In this document: positions 13,466 to 27,093 of the stretch, piece after piece
How the letters are laid out: each line of letters begins with the position of its first letter
Numbering within the stretch: position 1 is the stretch's first letter
Made by a program: the position numbers and the translations under genes
Notes under the pieces: model-generated
The model's input: the letters and a program-made list of their open reading frames with translations, nothing else
The model's database searches: none
What the model was told of the DNA's origin: nothing
Assembly: GCA_951406725.2 (NCBI GenBank)
Contig: OX597814.1
Span: forward strand, 111,786,001-111,850,000
Length of the DNA stretch: 64,000 nucleotides
Origin: Octopus vulgaris
Lineage: Eukaryota
Reading direction: 5' to 3'

Positions 13466-13809
13466 TGTATGTATATATATGGATGGATGGATGGATGGAT
13501 GGATGGATGGATGGATGGATGATGGATGGATGGAGGAAGCAGGTTAAGGAGGCGGTCAATACTTTTGAAAGAGCAGGTATTCAGCATGAAGAACTTAAGC
13601 ATGCTGCTCGAAAGTGCACTGCTGGCGTAGTAATGGGGAAAGCTTGGTTTGCAATGTTTGCAGTCGTGTATACTTGTCAAGAGCAGGACTCATTAACCAC
13701 CAACGCAGCCGAAAATGCAGGATATATGTTAGTCCTAGAGCGTGCAATGTTCCTGAAGGTCAGCAATGATCTTCCTTGGTCACGAGTGGACGGCCATCAT
13801 CATTATGGA

Positions 13810-14950
13810 TCACGAATAATGTTGGACCGGCTGCAGATATATGTGGCTAATGAGATTCTTCCTGAATCACAGAGTGGATCATGCTGACATGATCTTCTCT
13901 GCACGGCAGTTACAGGAAAAGCGTGTGGAACAGCAAATATGACTTTATCAGGTATCCATTGATCTTACTAAGGCTTTTGTCTCTGTCAATCGAACTACCT
14001 TGTGGGAGATCTTGAGGATACTTGGATGCCCGGTAAAGTTTCTAACTATTCTGAAGCAGTTTCATGATGGCATGGAAGTAAGGATCAATACTGGTGGAAA
14101 ACCCTCGGAGCCTATCTCTGTCACGAATGGGGTAAAACAAGGGGACATGCTAGCACCCACTCTCTTCTCCATCTATTTTACTATAGTTTTTTATTGGCTT
14201 TCAAAGGCTCCTATGAAGGCATATCTATATCAGATATCGCACAACAGGAAAACTCTTTAACATCAGAAGACTGTCAGCTACGTTAAGGACGTCCTCAACT
14301 TTTATTAGAGACCTCCTCTATGCAGATGATTGTGGTATTGTCACTATTACTGAGGAGGAAATGCAAAACCTTATGAATGCAATTTCAGTGGCTCGTGAGC
14401 CACATGGCTTAACCATAAATCTAATCAAAACTGTTGTCATGTTTCAACCAGCACCAGGAATGTTTGTGGGTGACGATGAGGTGCTTCGAAGAAGGAAATA
14501 CTTCAGTGTTGAAGCTTTGTTATTGCAGTACAAACTGAGATGGAGCGAACACTTAGTCAGAATGACAGACAACAGAATGCCTAAACAACTTTTTTTACGG
14601 AGAACTGGTGACAGGTAAGCGTTTATCTCACAAATGAGGTACAAAGATTGTCTCAAGTCGGGATTGAATAAGATAGATGTTCCAATTGACAACTAGGAAG
14701 ATTTAGCGCATTGCCGCGAAAAATGAAAAAAAGGTGTGTATGAAGGCAAAAATGAATTTGAAATGAAGAGAATGGAGCATGCAAAGATCAAAAGAAAGAT
14801 AAGAAAAAGTGACAGGAATGATGTTCTAACAAGCATTAATGAACGTGATGATCTTACATGGGATGAATGTTGAGGAAAGAGCTCGGCTAAAGAACCATAT
14901 GAAATCACACATTGCACAATCGCACATTGATTATAGATGGACAGATGATT
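13810..14950 (+). pseudogene. RTE/BovB-like LINE reverse transcriptase, decayed and internally deleted
   Basis: [77 protein letters not shown]; a second RTE C-terminal remnant lies at about 13530-13720. Confidence 0.9.
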
Positions 14951-15551
14951 TCGAATGCATACTTTGTCATAAAGTATGCAGATGAAAAAGTGGCTTGAAA
15001 AGGCAAAGTTCATGGAGTTGTAAGCTATACAATCAACAAACTTTCTTGCATTAATTGTCAAAAAGCATGCAAGTCTTTGGCAGGCCTCAGAAGCCATGTT
15101 CGTGCAGCTCATCGATGATATTCTGGGGCATAAAGAAATCAGGCAATGGTCCTACTCGAAATCTAGTTGGCAACCATCATCATGTATGTATGTATGTATG
15201 TATGTATGTATGTATGTATGTATGTATGTATGTATGTATGTATGTATGTATGTATGTATGTATGTGTGTATGTTTGTATGTTGGAAAGCTATAAATTGCA
15301 CACTGAAGCTGTAGAGAAGGCCAGATAGTGAAAAATAGTACAGACCAGTGGTTTGCTGCTATTGGGATGCAAGCTGAGACTTGTTCAACCTCAGCTGGGT
15401 CAACTAGGTGCGGGTGTCTCATATTGAAAGACCCAAAACCCTCTGATACCTCAGGAACGTCTCTGACGATGCGTCCCAGAACATTCGCAAGATGTATCTT
15501 AAAACTAAATATTGTGTTGAGTCAATTATTTGCAATATTTTGTCAAGTCTA

Positions 15552-15888
15552 GGCGGCGAGCTGGCAGAAACGTTAGCACGTCGGGCGAAATGCGTAGCCG
15601 TGTTTCGTCTGCCGTTACGTTCTGAGTTCAGATTCCGCCGAGGTCGACTTTGCTTTCATCCTTTCGGGGTCGATAAATTAAGTACCAGTTACGCACTGGG
15701 GTCGATGTAATCGACTTAATCCGTTTCTCTGTTCTTGTTCGTCCCCTCTGTGTTTAGCCCCTTGTGGGTAGTAAAGAAATAGGTATTTCGTCTGCCTTCA
15801 CGTTCTGAGTTAAAATTCCGCCGATGTCGACTTTGCCTTTCATTCTCGATAAATTAAGTACCAGTTGCGTACTGGGGTCGATCTAATT
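15552..15888 (+). mobile_element. SINE family A, dimeric
   Basis: Same consensus as 7689-8064. Confidence 0.9.
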
Positions 15889-15959
15889 GTGGTGTTGCTT
15901 TGCACTTATAATAAAATAAATATATACAAGTTATAAAAATAATAAAATAATATACAGGT

Positions 15960-16014
15960 GCAGGTGTGGCTGTGTGGTAAGAAGCTTGCTTCCCAACCAC
16001 ATGGTCGTATGGTC

Positions 16015-16061
<47 letters not shown>

Positions 16062-16303
16062 TATATACACATGTATATATATTTGTTTGTGTTTCTGTGT
16101 TTGTGCCCCCACCATCGCTTGACAACCGATGCTGGTTTGCTTATGTCCCCGAAACTTAGCGGTTCGGCAAAATTGACCGATAGAATAAGTACTAGGCTTA
16201 CAAAGGATATTTCCTGCGGTCGATTTGTTCGACTAAAGGCGGTGCTCTAGCATGGCCACAGTCAAATGACTGAAACGTGTAAAAAAGTAAAAAAAAAGTA
16301 AGA
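15960..16303 (+). mobile_element. SINE family B, internally deleted
   Basis: Head fragment, (TA)n and complete 3' body. Confidence 0.8.
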
Positions 16304-16572
16304 GAACAGTATTGATTCTACTTTGCGGATCTTCACCTACCGCTGGGGTTGGGGGTGGCGGTTTGGAACGTAACATCCGCGAGAGTCGAGGAATTACTGT
16401 AAAGTAAAGAAGTTACCAAAATATTGCAAAGTTTTGATTCAACGCAATCCATATAAAATCTGTTACTTTATGTTCTTCTCAAGACTCGTAAGCACCATTT
16501 ACATTTTCGTAAAATGTATAATACGTGTTGTAACAACAGGGTTTGAGGTGAAGAATCGAAAGTGAATATTCG

Positions 16573-16966
16573 TTTCTACTCTAAGCACAAGATCCAAAAT
16601 TTTGGGGGAAGGGGCCAGTCGATTAGATCGACTTCAGTACGCAACTGGCACTTAATTTATCGACCCCGAAAGGATGAAAGGCAAAGTTGACCTCGGCGGA
16701 ATTTGAACTCAGAACGTAAAGACAAACGAAATACCTATTTCTTTACTACCCACAAGGGGCTAAACACAGAGAGGACAAACAAGGACAGACAAACGGATTA
16801 AGTTGATTACATCGACCCCAGTGCGTAACTGGTACTTATTTAATCGATCCCGAAAGGATGAAAGGCAAAGTCGACCTCGGCGGAATCTGAATTCAAAACG
16901 TAACGGCAGACGAAATACGGCTACGCATTTCGCCCGGCGTGCTAACCTCTCTGCCACTTCGCCACC
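16573..16966 (-). mobile_element. SINE family A, dimeric
   Basis: Reverse complement of the family A consensus. Confidence 0.9.
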
Positions 16967-17573
16967 TTATCGAGAGTGAATATTGATGCTTGGGTATAAT
17001 GTTAATCGATGTATGTAGAACATTAATTAATGTGTTAACTGTTGTAGTGAACATAAATGAAGGATAAGTTAACAAGTTGAACATACATGCTGATGTAGAT
17101 ATAAACCAATCTATAGAATGTTAAAGGGCGTGGCTCAGAGAGAAAGAGAGAGAGTGAGTGAGAATGGGAGAGAGAGAGAAAGTGAAAGAGTAGAAAGCCG
17201 AGAGAATGAGAGAGAAAGGAGAAAGAAATAGAGGGAGTAAGCCTACAGTGACTACACATAATGATGCTGATGTGTGAAATTTATTCAAATGTTGAGAAAT
17301 GATAACTGTTGAGAGGAAGGTGCAAATATCGATGTAGTTGTGTTCTGCATTGAATACAAGAGTGGAATGTGTTGAGTGATGCGTGACGCATAAAAGGGAA
17401 ACGGTTTTATGAATCTATTTACCCATCCATCCATTCATTCATCTATCTATCTATCTATCTGCCTGCTTGTCTGTCTGTCTGCCAGCCTGCCTGCCTGTCT
17501 GCCTGTCTGCCAGTCTGCCTGGTTGCCTGCCTGCCTGCCTGCCTGTCTATCTATCTATCTGTCTGTCTGCTTG

Positions 17574-17638
<65 letters not shown>

Positions 17639-17658
17639 TTATCTGCCAGCCTGCCTGC

Positions 17659-17745
<87 letters not shown>

Positions 17746-17749
17746 ATTA

Positions 17750-18310
17750 GGAGACAAACACTTTCCTCTCTGGTCAATCTCTCATCAACTTCTTCAAGTA
17801 CCACTTGAAAAGGAAAGTGAGAGTAGAGAGGCAAGTTTTGTCTAGCGAATGTTTTAAAAAAAGATGGGTGAATGTAGCAAGAATGGCACGTATGAATGAC
17901 GAAGCCACCTTGAGCATAGTCCTATGAACCCAGAAATCGAAAACAGAGAGTTGCTTATTTGCAAAAAAAAAAAAAAAAAAAGAAATATAAAATGTGACTT
18001 CATTGACCGAGGTTACCGTGGTCTTTTCCGTAGGCTTTTCTTTCCACGGGTAAACTTCACCTGTCCTCCCCTTTACACTTCATATTGACATTTCTGTGAT
18101 AACGATCCCTATTGATCAATTTTTTCTTTTCCTCTCCCCCTTTTTTTTTAACCCCCTTTTTTTTGTCCTCTTTCTCTCCTTTTACGATCCCTTTTGATCG
18201 TAACTCCCCCTTCCTTTTTTTTTTTTTTTTTTTTTAAACCTTCAAAAGAAAAGCTCTACCTTGTAATTTGTTCTATCTGTGTGCAGCCCTGTGTGGCTAA
18301 TAAAGAAACA
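17750..18310 (+). mobile_element. Tx1/L1-clade LINE, short 5'-truncated copy within (TATC)n
   Basis: Closely matches 52566-53205 (ORF2 end ...EATLSIVL* plus 3' UTR ending gccctgtgtggctaataaagaaac); (TATC)n on both sides. Confidence 0.88.
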
Positions 18311-18566
18311 TATCTATCTATCTATCTATCTAGCTGTCTGTTTACTTATATGTCTGTCTGTTTGTCTATCTATCAATTTTATACTTGTTTTAATCATTGA
18401 CAGTGGTCATGCTGGAGCACTGCTTTGAATGTTTTAGTCGAGCAGATCGATTTCAGGATCTTTTTTAAAAATTAGGTACCGTAAGACACCCCCCCCCACA
18501 CAAGTGTAACAAAAGGGAGATAACTGAAGGGTGTCTAGAGCTTTTAGTTGAACAAGAAACGCGAAT

Positions 18567-19161
18567 ACAATAATCCCTCTACTCCCGCGGGTGTTACAGT
18601 CCAAACCCATCCCCCGCGATAAGTGAAAATCCGCGAAGAAGAAACAGTACTGTACTGCATATTTTTAACCCCCACCTTAGCGAAGGTATTGTTTTCAGTC
18701 GCGTTTGTTTGTTTTTCCGTGGACAAGATATATTAAGAACCACAGGATGGATTCGGTTGAAACTTTCAGGGATGTTTGGCCTCGTGACTGGCACGAGCTG
18801 ATTAGATTTTGGGATCAATCCGGTACCGGAAAAGGATTCTGGATTATTTTTTCTGTTTTTTTTTTGTTTTTTGTTTTTTTACTTAATTTTTGAGAGCGGT
18901 CGGGTTCATTTTTAGTATTCTCGTTTGTGAGAGCAGTCGAGTTTATTTCATTTTAAAAGTCATCTCTGGCTAATCGTTGAGGGGACGTTGGTGTTGCCTT
19001 GGCGGAGGTTTGCACTCTTTGAGTGTTCTTGTTTATTATTATTTTTATAATTTCTATATATTAATTTTATTATAAATGCAAAACAACACCACGGAGGACT
19101 CGACGTAAGCTTAGCTAATAAAGCGCGATAAGTGAACCGCGATATGGCGCAGGACTACTGC
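18567..19161 (+). mobile_element. Tigger/pogo-like MITE interrupted by a Helentron-type element
   Basis: Ends caataatccctc...cgcgggtgttac and gaaccgcgatatggcgcaggactactg; related end on the minus strand at about 16307-16400. Confidence 0.55.
18661..19035 (+). mobile_element. DINE-1/HINE-like non-autonomous Helentron
   Basis: T-rich start, gtttgtttgt microsatellite, subterminal ccttggcggaggt, 3' hairpin gcactctttgagtgt; second copy at 59370-59690. Confidence 0.7.
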
Positions 19162-19189
19162 AATGCTATGTCAAATACCATATCTTTTA

Positions 19190-19416
19190 TCTTGTTTATA
19201 ATTGTTTCAGTCAGTAGACTGCGGCCATGTTGGGGCACCGCCTTCAAGGATTTTTAGTCGAATAGATCGACTCCAGTACTTATTTTTTATCTTAAGCCTG
19301 TTACTTATTTATTCAGTAATTTTTTATTCGGATCGCGGAGTTACAGGGACGTAAACAAACCAATACCTGTTGTCAAGCGGTGGTATATGACAAACACAAG
19401 ACTCAAAGACACACGT

Positions 19417-19459
<43 letters not shown>

Positions 19460-19650
19460 TACACACCTACACACATGCGTACGTATACAATGGGTTTCTT
19501 TCAGTTTCCGTCTAGCAAATCCACTCACAAGGCTTTGGTCGGCCTGAAGCTGTAGTAGAAGTCACTTGCCCAATGTGTCACATAGTGGGACTGAACCCGG
19601 AACCATGTAGCTGGGAAACAAACTTCTTACGACACCGACACGCCTCAGCC
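19190..19650 (-). mobile_element. SINE family B
   Basis: Consensus match. Confidence 0.85.
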
Positions 19651-20199
19651 TACAAGATAAATCCCTCGCTACTTCAAGAAACAATGGAACAATCGCTTCA
19701 TGGTGTTTGAAGAATCATGAATTCTCTAAAACCGACATGCCATTAAGTAACAAACAGTCTGATTGTTTGGAGGCTAAAGGACAGTCATGGATTCATGACG
19801 CAGCTTCAATAGGTATCATCTGTACAATACACACATATATACACCTATATCGATATAGCTATATATACATACATACATTAATACACGCACACACACAATG
19901 ATACGTATGCATGTATGTATGTATGTATGTATGTATGTATGTATGTATGTATGTATGTGAATGTTAGTTTTTAAGTCAAGTCGTAATAAAAGTTATTTTA
20001 TATTAAACTGAACAAAAAAGCGGTAAGATGGCGGAATCGTTTGCACACCGGATAGAATGCTTAGACATTTCGTCCGGCTTCGGGTTTTGAGTTCAAAATA
20101 AATACCTTATAACTGAAAGGCTCCGACTTCCAGTACACGGAGTTGCTCGCTTCCGATCATCGGCTGGTAAATCGATCCTGTTTTTCTTTTGAAATATTC

Positions 20200-20755
20200 A
20201 ACTCTTTTACTTGTTTCAGTCATTTTGCTGTAGCCATGCTGGAGCACCGCCTTTAGTCGAGCAAATCGATCCCAGGAATTATTCTTTCTAAGCATAGTAC
20301 TTATTCTATTAGTCTTTTTTGCCGAACCGCTAAGTTACGGAGACGTACACACACCAGCATCTGTTATCAAGCGATGTTGGGGAGACAAACACAGACACAC
20401 AAACATATACACACATGTATGCATTTGTCTGTGTTTGTCCCCTCAACATTGACAACCATTGCTGGTGTGTTTACGTCCCCGTAACTTAGTGGTTCGGCTA
20501 AAGAGACCGATAGAATAAGTACTAGGCTTACAAAGAATAAGTCCTGGGGTAGATTTGCTCAACTAAAGGTGGTGCTCCAGCATGGCCACAGTCAAATGCC
20601 TGAAACAAATAAAAGTATATATATAGTCTTTAATTTTCCGTCTACCAAATCCACTCATAAGGTTTTGATCGGCCCGAGGCGATAGTAGAAGACACTTTCC
20701 AAAGTTGCCACGCTGTACTGACTCAACCCAGAGCCATGTGGTTGGGAAGCAAGCT
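20200..20755 (-). mobile_element. SINE family B (minus) with an inverted family B 3' half (20424-20615, plus) in its microsatellite; its head continues at 22747-22783
   Basis: Consensus matches on both strands; head split by the HAL1-like insertion. Confidence 0.85.
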
Positions 20756-22746
20756 CCTTTATTTTATTAAATTTGCCACAAGGGCAGCACACAGAGAGAA
20801 GCTTGAGGGCTAGACAGAGACATTAATGGGATGAATGATGATGTTATATGGATGATAAGGATGGGAGAAGACGAAAAGCGCCTGCCAACTTTCGCTTCTC
20901 TAAAACATTGTTCTTTATTTTTAAAAATAAACCTCTTACACAGTTCAAAATTAAAAATAAAACACAAACACGAGGCAATAATCCTCTCACTTTTTACATT
21001 TTTAGTCTCTTTTTGAGGTAATACGCCTCTTCAATTTTTCCGCCCGGCCAGGCTCCTCGCTTCATCGAAGCACCTGGTCCGTTCCGAACTTAAAGGTTTC
21101 AACATAAATCTGAAGGTGTCCTTCGGTAAGGAGTTCGTTATCTTCCATAGATCGTTCTCCCATATGACCTCCGCAGCCACCTGCGAAGGCCACTCAGGGT
21201 CCTCCGTGTAGACAGAAGCCCCTGCCACCGGCACTTCCTTTCAATTTTTTAAATTTCATTTTGCAAGGTTCCTCCCTTGTGGAAGAGGACCAAAAATTCC
21301 TTCCCCAGCAGCACACCCGCCAAAGGAGAATCGGGACACGCCGGCAGCGTGTCACAACCTGCCGGCAGCGTGTCACAACCTGCCGGCAATGTTCCGTTTT
21401 TCTTTTTTCTTTTCTTTTTCCCTTGGGCTGCGGGAGGGTGGTGTTCCCTTGCTGTGTTCAGTAGGTCCTCCTTTTCTCCCGCAGCTCTCGGGTTCTTCGG
21501 TGGGCGGTTGCCCACCTTTCGCTTTCGTTCTTTTTGAGGAGGTGGAAACCTCCTCGACATCCTCCTCCTTCTCTCCCTCCATTGAGTGGTTCCTCTGTTA
21601 ACTGCTCCAGGATCCTATTTTGGTCCTTGGGGCAGTTTTTCTTGATGTGGCCAGTCTCCAGGCACAGGTGACACTTGGGGGGGGGGGGGGGCGTCCCTCG
21701 AGCATCACCGGATACCTAGATCCGGCCATCCTCAAAATGTCTGGGAAAACCAGACTTTCGACTGATTGGGTCCATAAGGTCAACACAGCTTTTGACCCCT
21801 CCCAATCAGCCGCAGGCAAAATTTTTACGTTGAGCAGCTTGGTACTGCTACCACCCAGACCCCGGCAGATAGAGTCCTCTATCCACTCGGGCTCAACTCC
21901 GGGTGGCAAACCGCAGATCCAAGCTTTCAATAATTTCTGTCCACAGTAGCTTGGAAGAAACATTATTTCCTTCCCCTCGAGGGGCCGGCTTGCAAAATCG
22001 CAAGCTTTTTGGGGGAGTCAAATAGCAACCAGACCGTTGCAAATTTGACTCCCCGTGAAATAAATTTAATAGCTGGCATGTATTCTGCCAGCTCTTTCAA
22101 AATTGTGGCTTTCGGGAAGACGGTTATGGTATCGAGCAATTTTGAATAAGTCCTCAACACCACCATCTTCCTTTCGAGCTCTTTTCCTTTGCCATTTTTT
22201 TAAAATAAAAAGTTCAAATATAGTTCGTCAATACGTTTTCAAATAAAGAAAGATACACAAAAAAAGAAAGAAGACACAACAGAAGGGAAGAAAAAATAAA
22301 AATAACAATTCAAATAAAGTTCTTTTTTTTTTTTTTAAATAAATGATAGCTGTGAAAAGAGAGTTCAAATCCAGGCAAAGAAATAAATTTTCGGCCGAAA
22401 GGTACTCCTGGCCAATTCTTTTAATCCACGTGGGCACAAAAAATTTCAAATACAATTTCTCACAATTATGTGAGACAACACACACGTCACCACCGCCAGG
22501 CAGACAAAAAGCTTCGAAATACAGTAAGGACTCCCTGCCTGTTCAAAAAAAATAAATAAAACCAACAGGCAACAAATCCTACCGGACTCAAAAAGCAAAA
22601 AGTCTTACCTTACAGCGCTTTTCAGTTCAGCTTTCGCCAGCTGCATACCAGCGTGACGACTTTTAACAGGTGCGTGAAGAACACTGTTTTTGTTCTTTTT
22701 TCTTTTTAGGACGGAGCTCAAAGCTACACGTCCTCACTGTTCAACC
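20756..22746 (-). mobile_element. ORF1-only non-autonomous L1/Tx1-like element (HAL1-like), about 2 kb
   Basis: 11-bp TSD ggaagcaagct (20745-20755 and 22747-22757); L1-like 5' end ggacgtgtagctttgagctcc; single decayed ORF1; 3' tail ctgtgtgctgcccttgtggcaaatttaataaaataaa; no ORF2 seen. Confidence 0.75.
21031..22195 (-). pseudogene. Gag-like ORF1 of a Tx1/L1-type element with a CCHC zinc knuckle
   Basis: Fragments ...WICGLPPGVEPEWIE...YPVMLEGRPP, then frameshifted KCHLCLETGHIKKNCPK (CX2CX4HX4C, about 21673-21632); 21-bp tandem repeat at 21340-21388; several frameshifts. Confidence 0.8.
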
Positions 22747-23194
22747 GGAAGCAAGCTTCTTACCACACAGCCACTCCCGCGCCTTTGTCTAACTATTTTT
22801 TAACAGTTATCCTGACGCTTTATTTTATTGTCTCTATTCAATGGTGTTCATTTAGACATTTTACGCTTCGAACGCATAGGCGTAGTAAGACCGAATGGTT
22901 CACAAGGTCGCATCACAGCGACGTGGTTTCTGGTTCGATCTTACTGAGTGATATCTCGAGTAAATGTCAGTTTTTATAGCCTTGAGCTAACTCTTACCTT
23001 GTGAATGAAATTGTGTAGATGGAAACTGTACAGAATCCTGACGTGTCATTCAAAAGGATACGGCCATGCTATACACTGTATCATGCTGATTCTTGTTAAG
23101 GATTGCATTATTGGATATTATTGTCTGAAGAATACTCAGCCAGGCATAGGCTGATTTATGTTCAAGAAATTTAGTTAATTGAACAACACAGGTG

Positions 23195-23560
23195 AAGGCG
23201 TGGATGTGTGGTAAAGAAGTTTGTTTTTTAGCCACATGGATCCAGGTTCTCTTCTACTACGTGGCACCTTGGGCAAGTGTCTTCTACTATAGCTAAGTGC
23301 CGATCAAAGTGGTAGACGGAAACTGAAAGAAGACCCCCCGCACACACAAATACATATATATCCATGTGTGTGTGCGTGTGTGTGTGTTCGTCACCACTGC
23401 TTGAGAACCGGTACTGCTGTGTTTACATGCCCGCAACTTATCGCTTCGGCAAAAGGGACCGATAGAATAAGCACCAGGTTTGAAAAAAAAACAAGTACTT
23501 CAAGGTGCTGCCCCAGAATGGCTGTAATTTGATGACGGAAACGAGTAAAAGATAAAAGAA
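23195..23560 (+). mobile_element. SINE family B, diverged
   Basis: Consensus match. Confidence 0.8.
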
Positions 23561-23778
23561 AAGATGAAAGATAAACCGAATCCTCATAGTGATACGACGG
23601 AGATCCGCTGCCGCTGGCACCACCACCACCACCGGCACCAGCAGCACCACCTCCACTTTTATCATAATTAGAACCTTCATCGTGGGTACTGCCTCTCTGC
23701 TTGTCTGTCTGTGCTCCATCAGCGTATGTCTCTTTGTCTCTCTCTATCTGTCTGTCTGTATGTCTATTTAGTAGTCTC

Positions 23779-23930
23779 TTCTTCTTTTTCTTCTTCTTCT
23801 TCTTCTTCTTCTTCTTCTTCTTCTTCTTCTTCTTCTTCTTCTTCTTCTTCTTCTTCTTCTTCTTCTTCTTCTTCTTCTTCTTCTTTTTCTTCTTCTTCTT
23901 CTTCTTCTTCTTCTTCTTCTTCTTCTTCTT
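23779..23930. repeat. (TTC)n microsatellite
   Basis: Directly visible. Confidence 0.95.
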
Positions 23931-24310
23931 TTTTCTCTTTTCCCCTTTTATCCGTCGTTCCGCACGTTTTCCAATCTACACATGTATTACTATATCAAAG
24001 TAACGTAGCAAAAACGAACACGTGTTCAAAACAGAACCTACACACACACACATACATGCGCGCGCAAACAATTACGTTTACACAAACACACACATTATTC
24101 ATCTCTGTTCTTTCTTGTTAGGTAATACTTAAAGGGCTGTTCTGCGTGTTTCTTTAACACTAGTAGAACACAAGGACCTCCCGTTGTATTCAGCTACTTA
24201 AAACTTCAGAGTGGGGTGATAAGGGGATTTCTATGGACTTCCTGCCACCAGTTTTGAGGGTTTTACATAATATGTGTATTATTTAGACATACACTATGTC
24301 GCTCTTCCTT

Positions 24311-24352
<42 letters not shown>

Positions 24353-24353
<1 letters not shown>

Positions 24354-25238
24354 GTGGTCTGATCAATAAGTACCCGCACTGTTGCCATAGTAACGAAGCT
24401 AAAGAACGCAGAATAACGCTTGACACACATTGACCTTGAACTCTTCTGTGCTTGCGCATGATGTGAGTTCTAGCTCACTTCCGCAGTCTACAGCAGTGCT
24501 TGAAAGGAAGGTGTGTAGCGTATGATCGTCGCATTGACGTTGACAGAGAAAGTTGAGCAGAGAATCTGCATCAAATTTTGCCAAAAGCTTGGCGATACCT
24601 TCTCAGAGGCCTATGCAAAGTTTTCAAAAAGTGTTTATCGTTCTCGACACAATGAAGGAGATCTTGTGAAACTGAAACCCAAATGTCTTTTTGGTCAACT
24701 GAAAGCAGTTTTGGCACAAACTTGGCTGACATGCGTCTCATACCCAAATCTTCAGTAATAATGGACTGAACTGAACCGTAACTAATCTGCATATCCTCTA
24801 ATAACTCTCGGGCGGTGATTCGACGATTGCCCCCACAGCTGCACGCACATCTACGATGTTTTTCTCAGTTCTGCTCGTTGCGGGTCTCCCAGAATGTTCG
24901 ACAATATCGACATTTTTCGACCATCTTGGAAACAGTTAAGCCTCTCGTACACATGTGTGCGGCTCATCCACTCCTCTCCATACACTTTCCGCAACTTTGC
25001 GTAGGCCTCTGAGCAGGTATCGTCATGATAACTTTCTCTGCCATGGTCAATGCGACGATTACACGCTACACACATTCCTCCCAAGCACTGTTGTAAACAG
25101 CGAAAGTGAGCTAGAACGTTAACACATAATGCACATGCACAGCAGCGTTCAAGGTCAATGTGTGTCAAGCGGTTTCGCTCTATGTGCTTTAGCTTCATTA
25201 CTATGGCAACAGTCCGGATACTTATTGATCAGACCTCG
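24353..25238 (-). mobile_element. Non-autonomous mariner derivative made of two inverted 5' ends
   Basis: TA-flanked ends cg(t/a)ggtctgatcaataagta; inverted arms of about 270 bp; minus-strand transposase N-terminus (AYAKLRKVYGEEWMSRTHVYE...ISYGSVQSIITEDLGMRRMSAKFVPKLL) with no catalytic domain. Confidence 0.85.
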
Positions 25239-25270
<32 letters not shown>

Positions 25271-25344
25271 CGTACGTGTGCGTGTATACAGGTATATATG
25301 TATATGTGTGTGTACACCTCGACCCCTGGATCTTACATTTATAT

Positions 25345-25411
<67 letters not shown>

Positions 25412-25554
25412 TGTATATATACATATGTATATGCACACACATATATATACATATATAAATGCACACACACATACATATGCATGCACACACACACACACGC
25501 ACGCATGCACACACACATACACACACACAAACACACACACACACGCACACATAT

Positions 25555-25900
25555 ACAACGGGCATCTTTCAGTTACCCTCTACCAAATCCACTCCCAAGG
25601 CTTTTGTACGGCCCGAGGCTAAAGTAGAAAACACTTGCGCAATTTGCCACGTAGTAGGACTGAACCCGGAATCATGTGGTTGGGAAGAAACCTTTTTACC
25701 ACACAGCCACGCCGCGCCCGTCTTATTTCTTTTATCCGTTGCTTCTTTCAATGATTGGACTCCAGCCATCCCGGGGCACCGCTTTCAAAAATTTATTTAT
25801 TTTTTTGCTTAAGCCTGGTACTTATTTTATCAGTTAATTTAGCTGAACCGCTAAGTTATAGGGACGTCAACACATCAACACCAGTGATAGGCATACACAC
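25555..25900 (-). mobile_element. Two SINE family B fragments
   Basis: Head 25555-25718 and 3' body 25740-25900. Confidence 0.7.
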
Positions 25901-25946
25901 AGACATGCACACACACATAGATACACTTGTGCTAACGGGTAATCAC

Positions 25947-26010
<64 letters not shown>

Positions 26011-26062
26011 GTGTTTGTGTATATTTGTATATGTGTGTGTATATGTGTACATATATTGGCAT

Positions 26063-26556
<494 letters not shown>

Positions 26557-27039
26557 TACACACACACATACACTCATATATATCTGGTATCTACTGTATA
26601 TATCATATACACACGCACATATGTGTGTAGCTATAGTTGGCTTCCCGCTCTCGTTAAAAAGTATGGGGATGAGGCGATTGAGTTGGACAACATCACTAAA
26701 AATACCCCGATAAAGGATGAGATGTTTTTTGTTGGTTTTGTTTTACTGTGTTTGTAACATTACACCTAATTCTAAGTTCTTTTCATCTTATCTGCTTGCA
26801 TTTTTTCACTCTATTTGTTGATTAAACTTATATTTATTCTCTTTCATTTGTCCTTCTGTCTGTATGTCCCCCTCTGTTTCTGTATCTGACTTTTTAAAAA
26901 TTTTTATTTGCTAAGACAACCACTCATTGGCGTTGTGTCACGAATTACGAAATGATTCGGCGTTGGATGAAGGAAGAATGAAGACGTGGATACGACACCG
27001 ATTTGAGAAGTAATATCTCAACTAATTACACACACACAC

Positions 27040-27093
<54 letters not shown>

